Positions 11,761-25,328 of a stretch of 64,000 nt of DNA are shown piece by piece. The translations under genes were made by a program, and so were the position numbers. This DNA comes from Octopus vulgaris (taxonomy: Eukaryota): the NCBI GenBank assembly GCA_951406725.2, contig OX597832.1:16616001-16680000 (forward strand). Reading direction: 5' to 3'. The notes below the pieces were generated by a model. That model was not told where the DNA came from and searched no databases. It saw nothing but the letters and a program-made list of their open reading frames with translations. Positions within the stretch are counted from its first letter, which is position 1; each line of letters starts with the position of its first letter.

Positions 11761-13967
11761 TTGCTTTATATATTCCTTTATATATATATTTGTCCTTTAT
11801 ATATTATTACATTGATAAATTAGTTCGTACGATGTTCTGATGTTAGTATACTGTTAAAATATTCTTTATTGCTTAGTACACTGTTCTTCCATTTGATGGA
11901 AGAAGTATATTGCGCACTGCTATTCCAGCATATGTTAAATTTATAAACAATACACGTACAGCACATCGAGTTTCTATATGCGTTAATCGAGACTCATCGG
12001 AGACAAGGAGACCTACAAATCCGACTTTACCAATAGTTTGAGTGTTAATAACATGACCACTAATAATTTATATGTATAAAGGCAAAGAATATTTATATCA
12101 GAAGCATGGTTATGCATTTAGAATCTATTTTAATACAAATTTTCACGCAGGCACAATTTACTATAATTTCTAATTAGAAATCATTTTATGTTAATTGTTG
12201 ATCATGAAAGGAATTGACTTCCGTTTCGAACGAATAATTTAAGTCTAAGTGCCTTCTGCTTAATCGGAAATAGATTTGCTTCTACCACTTGAGAATTCAC
12301 TGTTTTCTGCTCATGACCACTAACACCAATATCCATTCTTACCAAACCTTCGAAATGTTATAATTGCTTGCAGTTGATATCCGTCAGTATTCCATCTATA
12401 TTAGATAGAGTCCACTCAGGAATATTGCAATTGTCACTTATACTGTTGTAATTAGCTAATTGCTTTCAGGATATGATATCTACTTTGGATTTGTTAGCAG
12501 GCCTATTCTTTTCTAATCAGAAAGTAAAGTGCATCAGACGCTGTTCAACTCCTTAAGGGGAGATATTCCAACTTTATCTAAGCGCCATCAAGTCTCCAAA
12601 TAACGACATGATGTAGATTACCAAAAATGATAGAGTCAATTGAAGTCTTGAAGTCAAAGAATCGAGAAAAGATCAGTTTGAAAGATAACGTAAATGACAA
12701 TAATTTTATTTCGATCAACAACCTTCGCTACTCGAGAAATCTGTTAATTATCTAACACAAACACTCTTAAAAAGCGACCTTCTCACTGACAAACTTTCAA
12801 ACACAACTTCAAATATATTAACTAATTAATTATTTACGCAACGGAAGCATACGTATGAACACCTGATAATGCAATATAAGGCATTTCTTATAATAAACAG
12901 TACGGGTGTTCTCGACTGCAGTAAGTTGTCATCTAATGAAATTCATCAAAAGCAAAAGCTGTTTCTACGTCACACTTCGACGAAGGAAAAATTGCAGATT
13001 AAACTTATCAAACCACATTGCCGACCCTGTAATACATTTTGAGCTGTCTACGGAGAGTCATAAAACTCGTTATACTCACCTCAAATTAGACCATAGTTGA
13101 ACTGACGAGAAAGTGCGTAAATATTATTTTAATGACAACCACTAAGGTTAAACTCGTTTCCTCTTCAGAGCACATACATTTGTTGAATTTGTTTATAAAT
13201 ACCTACATTTATTATTTAAAACATCATACAGATGGCCAAAACTGATATTGTATATATTAATAAATATCATTACATTTCAGTTTAGTCTACACAAACTGTA
13301 TAATATATATATATTTACTTGTATATTTCAGCACATAGTATGCTTGCGTTGTCTCTGCTAAAATTCGTTATAGAAGTGATAGTAGGGAAACAAATATCTG
13401 TTTCTTCTGCCATAGAGAGAATATATATTGATATACGTTTTCAAACTCTTCTCTTACCAAATTGGCACTGATATTGCTGAATTTCTTCCGATCTGGCAGA
13501 CTAATTGCCCAACTCAGTAAATGTTTTTTTAACGGTTTGAGTAAAAGTTAAGCTTTAAAGGTTACCAAATTTAACCACATTTTGGTATTTCCCGTTGATA
13601 GCAGTTAAAGAACCGGATTACGAAACAATGCGTTTCGTAATCCGATAGGGGGCGATACTGAACAGATATGGAGTTTTAACAACTTTTACCATAAGAGAAA
13701 ATTATCAAGACCACATGAAACAACACAGATAAAAAAAAATCAAGTTTAAAAATAAGAAATTGATTTGAGACGTCTGTGACACACGATATATGTGTACTTT
13801 CACAAATGAATATGTGTGAAAAAGCATGTGCGGTGTATTAGTGCGTATGGAGAGGGGGTGCATGTGTATATGTGTGTATGAGTTCGTGTGAACGTATTTC
13901 TGTGCGAACAACTATGCGTGTATTAGAAGAAACGTGTACAGGGATATGCGTTTTAAGCTTATATGTA

Positions 13968-13980
13968 TGCATATATATTG

Positions 13981-14021
<41 letters not shown>

Positions 14022-14046
14022 CACACACACACATATATATATATAC

Positions 14047-14115
<69 letters not shown>

Positions 14116-14130
14116 CATACATATATATAT
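13968..14130. repeat. (TA)n/(CA)n microsatellite
   Basis: Direct. Confidence 0.95.
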
Positions 14131-14283
14131 TTCACCTTATTTTATTTTAAAATCAATATCTTCTTATCCTCCCATAACCCCATAACTTCTGATTTACAAT
14201 TTAATTAACACCTACTTATATTAGACATTAGTTATAAAAACAGACACACACATACACACACGCGTGCACACACATACACACAC

Positions 14284-14326
<43 letters not shown>

Positions 14327-14807
14327 ACCTTATCAGTTTTTCTGTACACCACATATCGATGATTTTATTCTATCACTAATTATATTTATTATTCATTATT
14401 ACTTTATCTATTTCATACCAAAACTTCATAATTCAATATTCTACAACATAGTGGTAAATTCTTGTATCAATTTTTTAATCCCAATAAACATATACTTTCA
14501 ATAATATTTCAAAATTTACTATTTTAATATTATTTACTTCAATAGCTAACACCATCTCCTAGCCCACACTTGTGGTCAATTTACTAGTCCACATTTCTGG
14601 TCAAAAATACAATCAGCTAAGTTTCATTGACATTATACAGTGGGCATTCTTTGTCTCTAAACTATTCTCCCCTAATAATCTCTAAACTTTTCTCCCTTAC
14701 ACACTTAAGTTCCCCTATCCCTCTATATATAAGTATATATAAGGACGATTCAAGTGTGTGTGTATACAAATATATATGTCGAACACAGACACGTTTGTGT
14801 GCATACA

Positions 14808-15268
14808 TTTGTGAAGCTAGTTCTAAAATATCTATCAGGGAGGCAAATAGTAAGTTCTCTAAAAATTAATGTTGGCTGACATTTCAATATGGCTGTTTCG
14901 TACGAAATGACGTTGCTGCTATGTTTTTTAGCGTCAGGAGAACATCTTCTCCAGCTGGTTAACGACACAACCTGAGTCCGATATATTGCCGCCAGGGGAG
15001 AGAACCCCTACCAAAATACCCTGAAACTAGTTTGGTCTACGGATACTGTCAAATCGCTAGTAGGTAGGTATTTGCTCCCCTGCTTGCAATATATTGGACA
15101 CAGGTTGAGAACATTAACCAGCTGCAGAATATGTCTGCCTAGGGTTAAAAAGTAGTAGTAACGTCGTTCCGTATGGAACAGTCATATTAAAGCAGGAACG
15201 GCCATTAATTTTCAGAATAGTTACTATTTGCATCATTTGTAGAAAGTTTTGAACTCGCTACTATGCTA
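14808..15268. mobile_element. Foldback/MITE-like element with ~190-bp imperfect inverted arms
   Basis: For example cagctggttaacgacacaacctgagtccgatatattgc..caggggag versus the reverse complement of ctcccctg..gcaatatattggacacaggttgagaacattaaccagctg; ~70-bp spacer. Confidence 0.8.
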
Positions 15269-15779
15269 GTTATATATGTGTAATTATATATACATATACA
15301 TAAATAATTAAAAGTGTGACTTATTAGTGATTAGAACCTAAAGTCAATATTAATATATGTCACAAAAATGGCGGAGTCAGCACGGTTTATGCTACAATGA
15401 GACGTAAATTAACTCTAATTTTATGACTGACAAAGGGAGGTAAGTTCGTCCCTACCATATGCAGCACCGTATTGCGACTTCGAATCTTGGTGTTGACACC
15501 TTAATTCTCGTCAGCGGATTTTAACTCTGGGTTTTGTGGCTTTAGAGTTAATTAGACACTTATTTTCGTATATAAGTCTTATTTTCACAAAATTGACGGA
15601 CCAGCATCGTTCGTCAATTTTGTGATTTCTTTTAATTGCTGCTAATCAGCCACCCATTTAATTAGTTCTTTAAACTTACCGTATAGAAATTCAACATAGG
15701 ATTTAAACGGTTTTTTCTCAAACGATTCACGTAAGTTGAGTTTAATCGTAGCCGTTATATGCCACCGATGAGAATTTAG

Positions 15780-15854
<75 letters not shown>

Positions 15855-15889
15855 TGTGTGTGTGTGTGTATACATGTATAGATATACAT

Positions 15890-16092
15890 GTGGAGGCGCA
15901 ATGGCCCAGTGGTTACGGCAGCGGATTCGTGGTCGTAGGATCGTGATTTCGACCCCCAGACCGGACCTTGTGTGTGTTTATTAAGCGAAAACACCTAAAG
16001 CTACATGGAGCTCCGGCAGGGGGTGGTAGCGAATCCTGCTGCACTCTTTTAACATCACTTTCTCCCATTCATTCTTCTTGTTTCTGTTGTAA
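15890..16092 (+). mobile_element. SINE family 3, 3'-truncated
   Basis: tggaggcgcaatggcccagtggtt..gaaaacacctaaagct..gggggtggt. Confidence 0.88.
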
Positions 16093-17303
16093 GAATTTTC
16101 CCCTCTTCAGCGATAAATACGTGGGATATAAGAAAAAAACTTACTCATACCCATGGAAAAAGGAAGCACTAAGTCCTGAGCAGATCTAACTAACCCAAAT
16201 ATGTCAAAAATAGAAAATCTTCGGCACATTTCGAGACACGTGTGATTCGAACTAGAAACTTTCACAGAGTGAGAGAATCCGGAAGTGAAGTTTTTTAAAT
16301 TTATAACTAATGTAGGATAATTTTTTTTTTTCCGAGAAAAAAAAAAATTTGTCAATGGCCAGCATATCAGAAAATACCTTTAAAGGTTAAATTTATAAAT
16401 AATTTACAAAATATACATACATACATACATATGCAGAGAGATAGAGACACAGACGGACAGAGATAGTGGATAGATCTTTTTTTTTTTTTAATAAAAGTCT
16501 CCATGGGTGATTGAGGCAAAAATGCGCGAATTGGTATTTCTATGAGAGCTAAATCATTCCTTTGGTAATAACATGTAATTTTCATCAAAATGACACCGAG
16601 TTTTTGTTCATGTGATTCTGAGATATACAATTCACCTTTGTGCACAAAAACCCTCCACTTCGACTAAGCAACAAGAGAACATTTGCTTCCGTAATTATTT
16701 TCTTATTTCTAGAAGTGAATATTAAAATTTGAACGGCTGACACTCCATTTTATAACATTCGCGAGACTATGAAAGCTCACATTTACAATGTGCGTGACAG
16801 ACATTGGAATTTCTGTGGTTTACAGTTTCGAAATGAATAGAAATATGTAGGTACTGCTTCATATAATGAAAGGAATTTCTAAGCCTAGCAGGCATAGTTA
16901 TCCATTTCTAAACAAATTCATACACTATATTTGTTTTCATGTTATTATCAAAACTCAGTAAGCTTGTTGCAGCACTTATCTAATGTGAAAACATCGAAAA
17001 TTCCTTCCACAAACAACATCATTGTTTGTAATGACCAACAAGGCCGTCGATAAATTTATAAAGCTGCCTCAGAGGGACAAGCAAACTGATTCAGATTTCA
17101 AAATTGCAATTCATTCAACGCATTCATATTTGCCTGGAGAAGCAATTTACCATCCGAAGTACTTCTAGCGATAAAATCTTTTTTCTGCATACTTACACTT
17201 AAGGGCATGCTTTTAGCGAGCTAAGTAATACTGTATCTAAATCACTACATTCTTTGGAATATAGCTGTGTATATATGAATATATATATAGATAGGTAACT
17301 TTT

Positions 17304-17339
<36 letters not shown>

Positions 17340-17568
17340 CGGTGGGATATATTTATGTATATGAATGTTTCTGTGTGTTGGCGTGTGTATGTACGTATGT
17401 ATATATATATATATGTATGTATGCATAGATATATGTGCGGTGATGTTTGAATAGTTGTATGTGACTGTGACTGTGATGTATTGATCGATCCTTATTGGTA
17501 AAGTAAGACATAGAATCGGCATATAGTATTTGCTTAATTAGAAAGAATATTGTTATAATTATGCATAT

Positions 17569-17635
<67 letters not shown>

Positions 17636-19584
17636 TGGAGTTGTTTGTACCCCATCCAGTGAGAGACAGTGAGACACAGTAGAAATATTCGAGCTACTAA
17701 TTGCTTCTTGCGTTGGAGACACGTGTCTAGGCAGGTTTTCACACCTTGTTTCGTGTCGCCAAGAAAACTACAACCACTGAATTTTGCCCGTTGTGGTTCT
17801 TTATATTTTGGCCGCAATTTCACAAAGATTTAGGAATAGTGTAATATGATATTTCAATGCTGGAGACTACACATATGTACAGGAATAATTCTGCGCGTAT
17901 TTTGGTTCTTGTCTGCATGCTGGACCCTGTGAGAATGTGTTTGAAGAACACATATAAGTAGTTTCTGCCTGCCTGTTATAGTTTATATCAGGTGTTGTAT
18001 TTGCGTTCAATTGCATATTCGTGAGTTTGTATACACATGATTTTGCGTGCATTTCTGTGTTAGAGTAGGGGAAATTATATGCATAAACAGAAACATTCAC
18101 ACGATGACATATTGCAAAAAGATATGCGTATGGGTATGTGAGAATGGGGAAATCGCATTATTTCGGTTTCCATGCACAGTCGTCAATGCGTTATAAATGT
18201 ATGCATGATGGAATGTGTGTCGTTGTTTATGTAAGAGCATCGCATGTACAAATCTCAGTGTAAAATGGTATGATGTATCCATTAATATGTCTGCCGCGAT
18301 GAATTGTGTGTTCATGTATTTATAACGGATATTAATATTTCGCGTCTCCCACTTGTTGCCTGCGTGTTTCTGAATGAGTGCATAAAGGATGTTAAATAAG
18401 GATGAGCGTTGAATTGTGACCGAAAGGGTTCTAGACGTTATCTATAAAGCTGAATGTCATCGTTGTGAACCAGGAATCGGAGGGAAACAAAAGGAATGTA
18501 CAAATCCCTGCAGACAACAACACAGAGACTGAAATGTAAATGAAGTCAATGAAGAGGCAGTTTTAAACTATTGCATCAAAATAAGTGATGCGTGTGAGGA
18601 GAGATAAAATAATATTGGAATTGAGTCGAGATGGCTGCAATTGTGATGCAATAGGAATTTTGTGATAGGCATTGCAGCAACGTGAACAAAATAACAATGA
18701 CAAACTGCTTAAATAAGAGAATAAGAATGAAGTCAAAAGCAGACTTCGATGGTGTCATAGGCCATATATCACTTAATCGCCTTTTCAGGTAAATACACAA
18801 GAGAAGAGGGAAGAGGGAAATGGTAACCAAATTAGCTTGCTTAAATTGTGGGAATCTGGAAACAGAGTAGAAAAAGAAAACAATCTTGCTGGTAAAGTTG
18901 AGCAGATGTCATAAAAACTGCGGAAGCAAGCCAACTAGAATGGCTTTAAGTTGTTGAACAAAGCGGATGAAAAATAAATTCAAAACGGCAAACACAAAAT
19001 GTTAAGACAATAATATTTTCAATATGACTTCCCCGTTCTTTCTATCTCATCGCATGCACATTCACACGCACATGTAGCCTGACGCAAAATTTTCATAAAA
19101 GGAACGTATTATGTGGATCGTAATGAATAAGTTTTGGGATGGATACTTGTGCAAGATAAACAGATTTATTATCATAATTAAAAGATTACACGAGAGTGCA
19201 TCCCAAGACATATATGGCTAATTCTGGAGGCGGATTCAATTCAAGAAATTACATTTAAAGAGTCTGTAAGGTAACTATTAGAAATATCAGTAACTTGTAT
19301 GGTCCAAAAATGCATAACATCCATTAAAGGAGTTTCTATGTAGACTCTCCCAAAATGATATGTTACAAAAAAGCGAATGTATTAGATAATTAACTTGCAT
19401 CGTTATGGCTTGACATGTTACATAAACCCGGTCTCTCAGAGTTTCATTCCAGATATGGGAGAAAGCAAAATTTATATTTTATATCACAGTAACCACGTGA
19501 AAATTCATTGGGTGTTTAGACCATAAGGTACCTGCACTATATCCTAGGCTTACGGCATAGGAAAGGTCATATACATACATACAT

Positions 19585-19620
<36 letters not shown>

Positions 19621-19642
19621 ATATATAGTATAAATATATGGT

Positions 19643-20085
19643 ACTTTATGAGAATTTATGGAAAGATATCCCACAAAACTCAACAAGTTTGTTAAACATT
19701 GCGAAGAGCTGTTAAAATCTTTTAAAAGTTGATGCATGCATTCGATCGTTTCAAACAGTGATGTTAAAACATGTAAATTCATAGTAGAAGAATTACATTA
19801 ATTTGATTAAATTAAATTAATTACATATCATAGTTCCCATCAATGAAAGCCGGATATATATATTTATCATGTATATCCGACATTCACTAATGAGAACAGT
19901 GATATGATATTAATTTAATCAAGTTAATTTAATTATTCTACAATGATTTTACATGTTTTAATATCGCTGTTTGAAATGATCGTATGCATGTATTAAAACG
20001 CTTTCATATTTTAACATCTTCTCTTCTCCATTTTTATCACACTTTTTGAGTTGCATGGGGTACCTTTCCATAAATTCTCATAACG
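19643..20085. repeat. ~440-bp palindrome; each arm carries a degenerate hammerhead ribozyme
   Basis: Arms ttatgagaatttatggaaag.. / ..ctttccataaattctcataa mirror around ~19862. Hammerhead layout at 19881-19990 (+) and ~19734-19848 (-). Confidence 0.85.
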
Positions 20086-20279
20086 CAATATATGCTAGTA
20101 TTATTTTCATATTTGCAATCTTACGCTAGTAAGCTGCCAGCAAAATATGAAGAATTCTTATTAGAAATCGCTTTTTTTTTTGGAACCCTATAAATTAAAG
20201 GATGAAATATAATTCAACCTTTTCACATATATATCACACACAAACAAACACACGTGTGTGTTAGTGCGCGTGTATGTGT

Positions 20280-20872
20280 ATTACGTCATTAAAAATGAAA
20301 TGTCCGTTTTTAAACTGAAAGGTAATTTTAGTTTACCTCATCACAAAGCAATGCAGTTAATCAAAGTATGCACCTAAATTGCCAAAACAATTTTGCCATT
20401 CTATCGGTAGCTTATTTATGCCGACAGCGAAAAAGGCTAGAGAGCAACAGTTGATGAAATCACGAAAGGCCGTTTACGCATCTTAACATTTGAAGATTTT
20501 TCCCTGGTAAAAGTTGTCTAATATCTGGAAAACGGGACACTCAGTTGGTGCAAGGTCAGGGGAACATGCTGGATAACAGATTACTCCCAAGTTCAGATCA
20601 TGTAACTGGAGTAGGGTTCTTTTTGCAACATGTGGTCGAGCATTGTCTTGCAAGAGAATTGGCCTATCTCTACTGACAAATATCGGTTGTTTAATTCCAA
20701 GTTCACTCATCATGTCATCCAAATAGTCAATGTATACATTCACTGTAATTGACTTGCCTGATATCATGAAGCTGTAGTTGATGGCACTAGCGCTTGACCA
20801 CCAAACAGACACCATTAGCTTGTTTTGGTGAATATTCTTTTTTGTATTGTATTTTGGCACTACCCAAGCACC
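20280..20872 (-). mobile_element. Mariner transposase pseudogene, 3' half (Mos1/SETMAR-like)
   Basis: KLMVSVWW, PILLQDNARPH, YPACSPDLAPT(E) motifs in ORF 20483..20878; truncated by simple repeats. Confidence 0.9.
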
Positions 20873-21484
20873 GTACACGACGCTCTATTTCTATACGTCT
20901 ACATTCATATTCATTTGCCTACATATATGTGCATATACTTATACGTATATATACGCACACACATAAACACATGCACATACATACATCTACATAACAGCCC
21001 ACTAACTATTCTACCTGTATATAAATATAAACTGTGGATTTGTGGGTATGATAATGAATCTTACAAAACAAATCATTAAAGTGTTATATAAATAAAGAAA
21101 TGACACATTAGATATCTTAGCAGTAGGTTCAGTAAAATGGCAAGGTGTTAGTTATTACACAACATTATAATCAGGCAATATAATGGGATAAACAACAAGG
21201 ATAATAAAATATATTTATGAATTATGCAAATATAGAAGCTGTTATGATTATGCCTTGTGGATAATGAATTGCCGGAATCACAAGAGTATCAGTTAGAAAT
21301 TGGTTATGATATTTTGTAAAAGCAGATCCGAAAAGATTCTGATGTCAAATTATACCGAAGTTGACTTTTCCCAATAAATATTTTGGGCCTGATATAAGCC
21401 AATTATTTAAAAACAATGTATCTTTTTTACGTATTAATGAAATACACTGCCTTTATTTAAACTAATTATGAAAACTCTTACCTC

Positions 21485-21620
21485 TCACAATACAGAAACA
21501 TTTCTCATGGCTCCAGCAGACAAAACAGAACAGGAGTTGCCCCGGAGGACGGCGATTGAGATGCGCTGAATCAGCCACTCTGACTCATGTGGATTACAAT
21601 TTCGTTGAGTCATATTCACC
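21485..21620 (-). mobile_element. C-terminal fragment of a CRE-like non-LTR retrotransposon ORF
   Basis: Minus strand ESEWLIQRISIAVLRGNSCSVL resembles the QR(I/L)S(I/V)A.QRGNA terminal motif of CRE-type elements. Confidence 0.6.
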
Positions 21621-22679
21621 ATCCTCTATACTATCTCAGTCATCTTCTATACTATCAAATCACTAAACTTTATTTATTGCTTCTTTGTATCATAAATGAA
21701 TAATTTCTGTCACATACCTTATTTGCATAAATACATTTTGTCATAAGATATTATAGTCAAATTTCAATTTTGTTATTTACAATAACAGTCAGGCTTGATT
21801 TATTCTCTTGCATTTAAAACAGCTATTACACCTCCTCTAATATCCAAAAAATGTTTTATTATTTACACATTATCTACAACAATACATTGCAATTCATAAA
21901 TTCATCATCAAGCGTATTATTGAAACATTACAAAAATATTGCAACTTGATACTTTTTCTCTTGAGAGGGGGATTGAACCTTTCAAATTAGAAATGTTATA
22001 TATTCAAACAAGCCTACCACTCGTTAATAATTACTGCCTTCATTACAATATGATGTAATTTAGATAAAATTTGGGGAAATCCTTTTATTGAGCTTTTTAC
22101 GAACGTAATGTAACAAACGGGCTCGTGTGCACACTCATACACATACGTGACTAAAATCTGAAGATCACATCTTCCGAAATTGCGACCAAAATATAATATA
22201 CTGAACAATGTCTAAAGTTCGATCATAACGAAATCGATCAACTGTAAGCGTTTTCTTGCCTGAAACTTCCATCAAAAAAGTAAAACATAGCGTTTTATAT
22301 CTTACTATTGTTTCTTTGTTCAATAATGACTTAGAATGGCTGACCAGAGTTATGGTGATCATCGTCTCAACTTTGTTTTTCCACCACATCTTGCTCATAG
22401 AAATGGAGTATCCAGAACATCTTTAACGATTGTTCGTAACTTCGTTCGGAGACGATAATATGTAATTAAATAGAAATCTATCTAGTATATCCTCGAATAC
22501 AATGTATCACATAGAATATACTATATTCTCTCGTTTTATTCCGCTGTTAAAAAAACTTGAGAAAGTAAAATTAGATGCACTACAATGTAAGCTAAAAAAT
22601 GTCAGCTAAGCAACATAAAATATTATTGGTACTTATTTCTACAGGAATATAAATGATAGTTTCTTATTTTGATACCAGA

Positions 22680-22842
22680 CCAGCGATATTGGTTTTAGAA
22701 TTTTTCACAAGGCTGGCAAGGGAGTAAGTCGATTACATCGACCCCTGTGTTTAACAGATTCTTATCCTACCGTCAGAATTTTAATTGGGAGCTTAAAGAC
22801 GGACGAAAATCGGTAAGCGTTTTCCCTAGCTCACCGCCTTTC
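22680..22842 (-). mobile_element. Decayed family-1-related SINE
   Basis: taagtcgattacatcgacccc ... gacggacgaaa ... agctcaccgcctt. Confidence 0.65.
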
Positions 22843-23883
22843 AGGATACTCAATATTAAAGTGAACATTCCAGCCATTACACTGACACTAGTCCATGAGT
22901 GGTACGTTTTTTTCTATACAACATAGGATTGAATGGTTAAATAAATCAGTGGGATTTGAACTAAGAATATAAATTTGGAACAAATACTGTAGAGTAGCTT
23001 TTCCAATGTGTGACCCATTCTGATGCAGACGGCACTAATCGTCATCTAAACGACGAAAAGCAGTTTCAACATTCATTAAGAATATTTAAACACCGAACCG
23101 AGATTAAATTATTGCCTTATGATATGAGAGTATGTTTGAACTTGTGCATTTAGTGTATCCGCAGAGACTATCTGAGACCATAACAGTTATAGCATTTGTT
23201 CCACTATAGCCGAGAAGCTAAAATACAGTCAGTTAGCATATGGTGTTGTTTAATATTGTCACATATTAAATTTTCCAGACGCAGCAACAATTACTCGGAA
23301 CTCTTGCTACATATTTCTCATTTATTCAAGTTTACAGAAGAGAAGTGCGGAAACAGACTAGTATCGTGAGCTTAATCGTATCAGTGTGATGTAAACTTTA
23401 GAGCCATACATTCGTGGAGAGAATTACATATGTAATCAATGAAAGAAAATGATACCGATTTGAGATTCTGTGATCCGGTAACTATGGGCTCATAATTACA
23501 CCGGATATAATTGGTTTCCTTTGTAATATGTATTAAATATGTGTCTGCCGCAGCAAGATATTTACTCTGATACTCACATGTATTTAAATCCAATTACGTG
23601 CTGTTGATCATATACTCTATTAGAATGGCGTTGATTGTTTTGGCAAAAAATGCTAAGTTTCTACGTTCAAGAAAAATAGATTTGATTAAATATTTATAGA
23701 ATTTTGTAGAAGGTATTATAATTTCAATTATTATATTCCTTTATTAGCGGTACCTTTCTACGTTGATGTCTTCCATACAGGAATCAAAAGACGTCGCCAG
23801 AAGAATGATGTCGCCTCCACTATTTTCTTATTTATAATATTTGCCTACTCTCTTTTCGATGAAGAACAAATATTTACACCGAG

Positions 23884-24192
<309 letters not shown>

Positions 24193-24519
24193 AGTGTACT
24201 AACAATGACAGTGACTGGAAATATATTTGGAGATCTTTCAATTTCTTGCGTCAATGATAAAAATCCTAAATTCTAAGTTAAGGCAGTTGGTTCATATTTC
24301 TTCTGTATCCGGAAACAGTGTTCCAAATCATCGATCAAGAGAACTGAGAATTATTGAATAGGCGTATAAGTTCCTAACTAATATTGGACATTTGTATTCA
24401 TAACAGATTATCCATCAATATTCTTGGATAATCAACTTTCAAAATTATGGAAAGCCAGGCATTTTCAATAAGGGTCACCGCTAGTCCATCAGCCCCACTA
24501 AGTCTGAACCATCTATACA

Positions 24520-25328
24520 CTTTTACTCTTTTACTTGTTTCAATCATTTGACTGTCGCCATGCTGGAGCACCACCTTTAGTCGAGTAAATCGACCCCAGG
24601 ACTTATATTTTGTATGCCTAGTACTTATTCTATGGAACACTTTTGCTGAACCGCTAAGATACGGGGACGTAAACACACCAGCATCGGTTGTCAAGCGATG
24701 TTGGGGGTACAAATATAGAATATAGGAGCACTCCGTCGGTTACGACGATGAGGGTCCCAGCTGATACGATCAACGGCACAGCTTGCTCGTGGTATTAACG
24801 TGCAAGTGGCTGAGCACTCCACAGACACGTGTACCCTTAACGCAGTTCTCGCGGAGATTCAGCGTGACACAGAGTGCGACAAGGCTGGCCTTTTGAATAC
24901 AGGTACAACAGAAACAGGAAGAAAGAGTGAGAGAAAGTTGTGGTGAAAGAGTACAGCAGGGTTCACCACCACCCCCTGCAGGAGCCTCGTGAAACTTTAG
25001 GTGTTTTCGCTCAATAAACACTCACAATGCCCGGTCTGGGAATCGAAACCGCGATCCTACGACGCGAGTCCGCTGCCCTAACAACTGGGCCATTGCGCCT
25101 CCACAAGGGGAGACAAATACAGACACACAAACGTATACTCACATACGTATATATATAAACGCATATATACGACGGGCTTCTTTCAGTTTCCGTCTACCAA
25201 ATCCACTCACAAGTCTTTGGTCGGCCCTAGGCTATAGTAGAAGACACTTGCCGAAGATGTCACGCAGTGGGAATGAACTCGGAACCATGTGGTTCGCAAG
25301 CACGCTACTTACCACAGAGCCACTCCTA
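24520..25328 (-). mobile_element. Full-length family-2 SINE split by a family-3 SINE
   Basis: Tail at 24520-24715 and head at 25107-25328, colinear with uninterrupted copies. Confidence 0.9.
24725..25104 (-). mobile_element. Full-length family-3 SINE (nested)
   Basis: Flanked by an imperfect duplication gggggtacaaata (24703) / ggggagacaaata (25107). Confidence 0.92.

Noticed and set aside
17635-17860. TA-flanked segment with gagacacgtgtc (hammerhead 3'-half-like)
   Set aside because: No recognisable CTGANGA or stem II; too degenerate to call.
18380-19000. Possible RTE LINE 3' end, or hydrophobic ORF 18576..18830
   Set aside because: Only vague motif echoes; neither reading is supportable.
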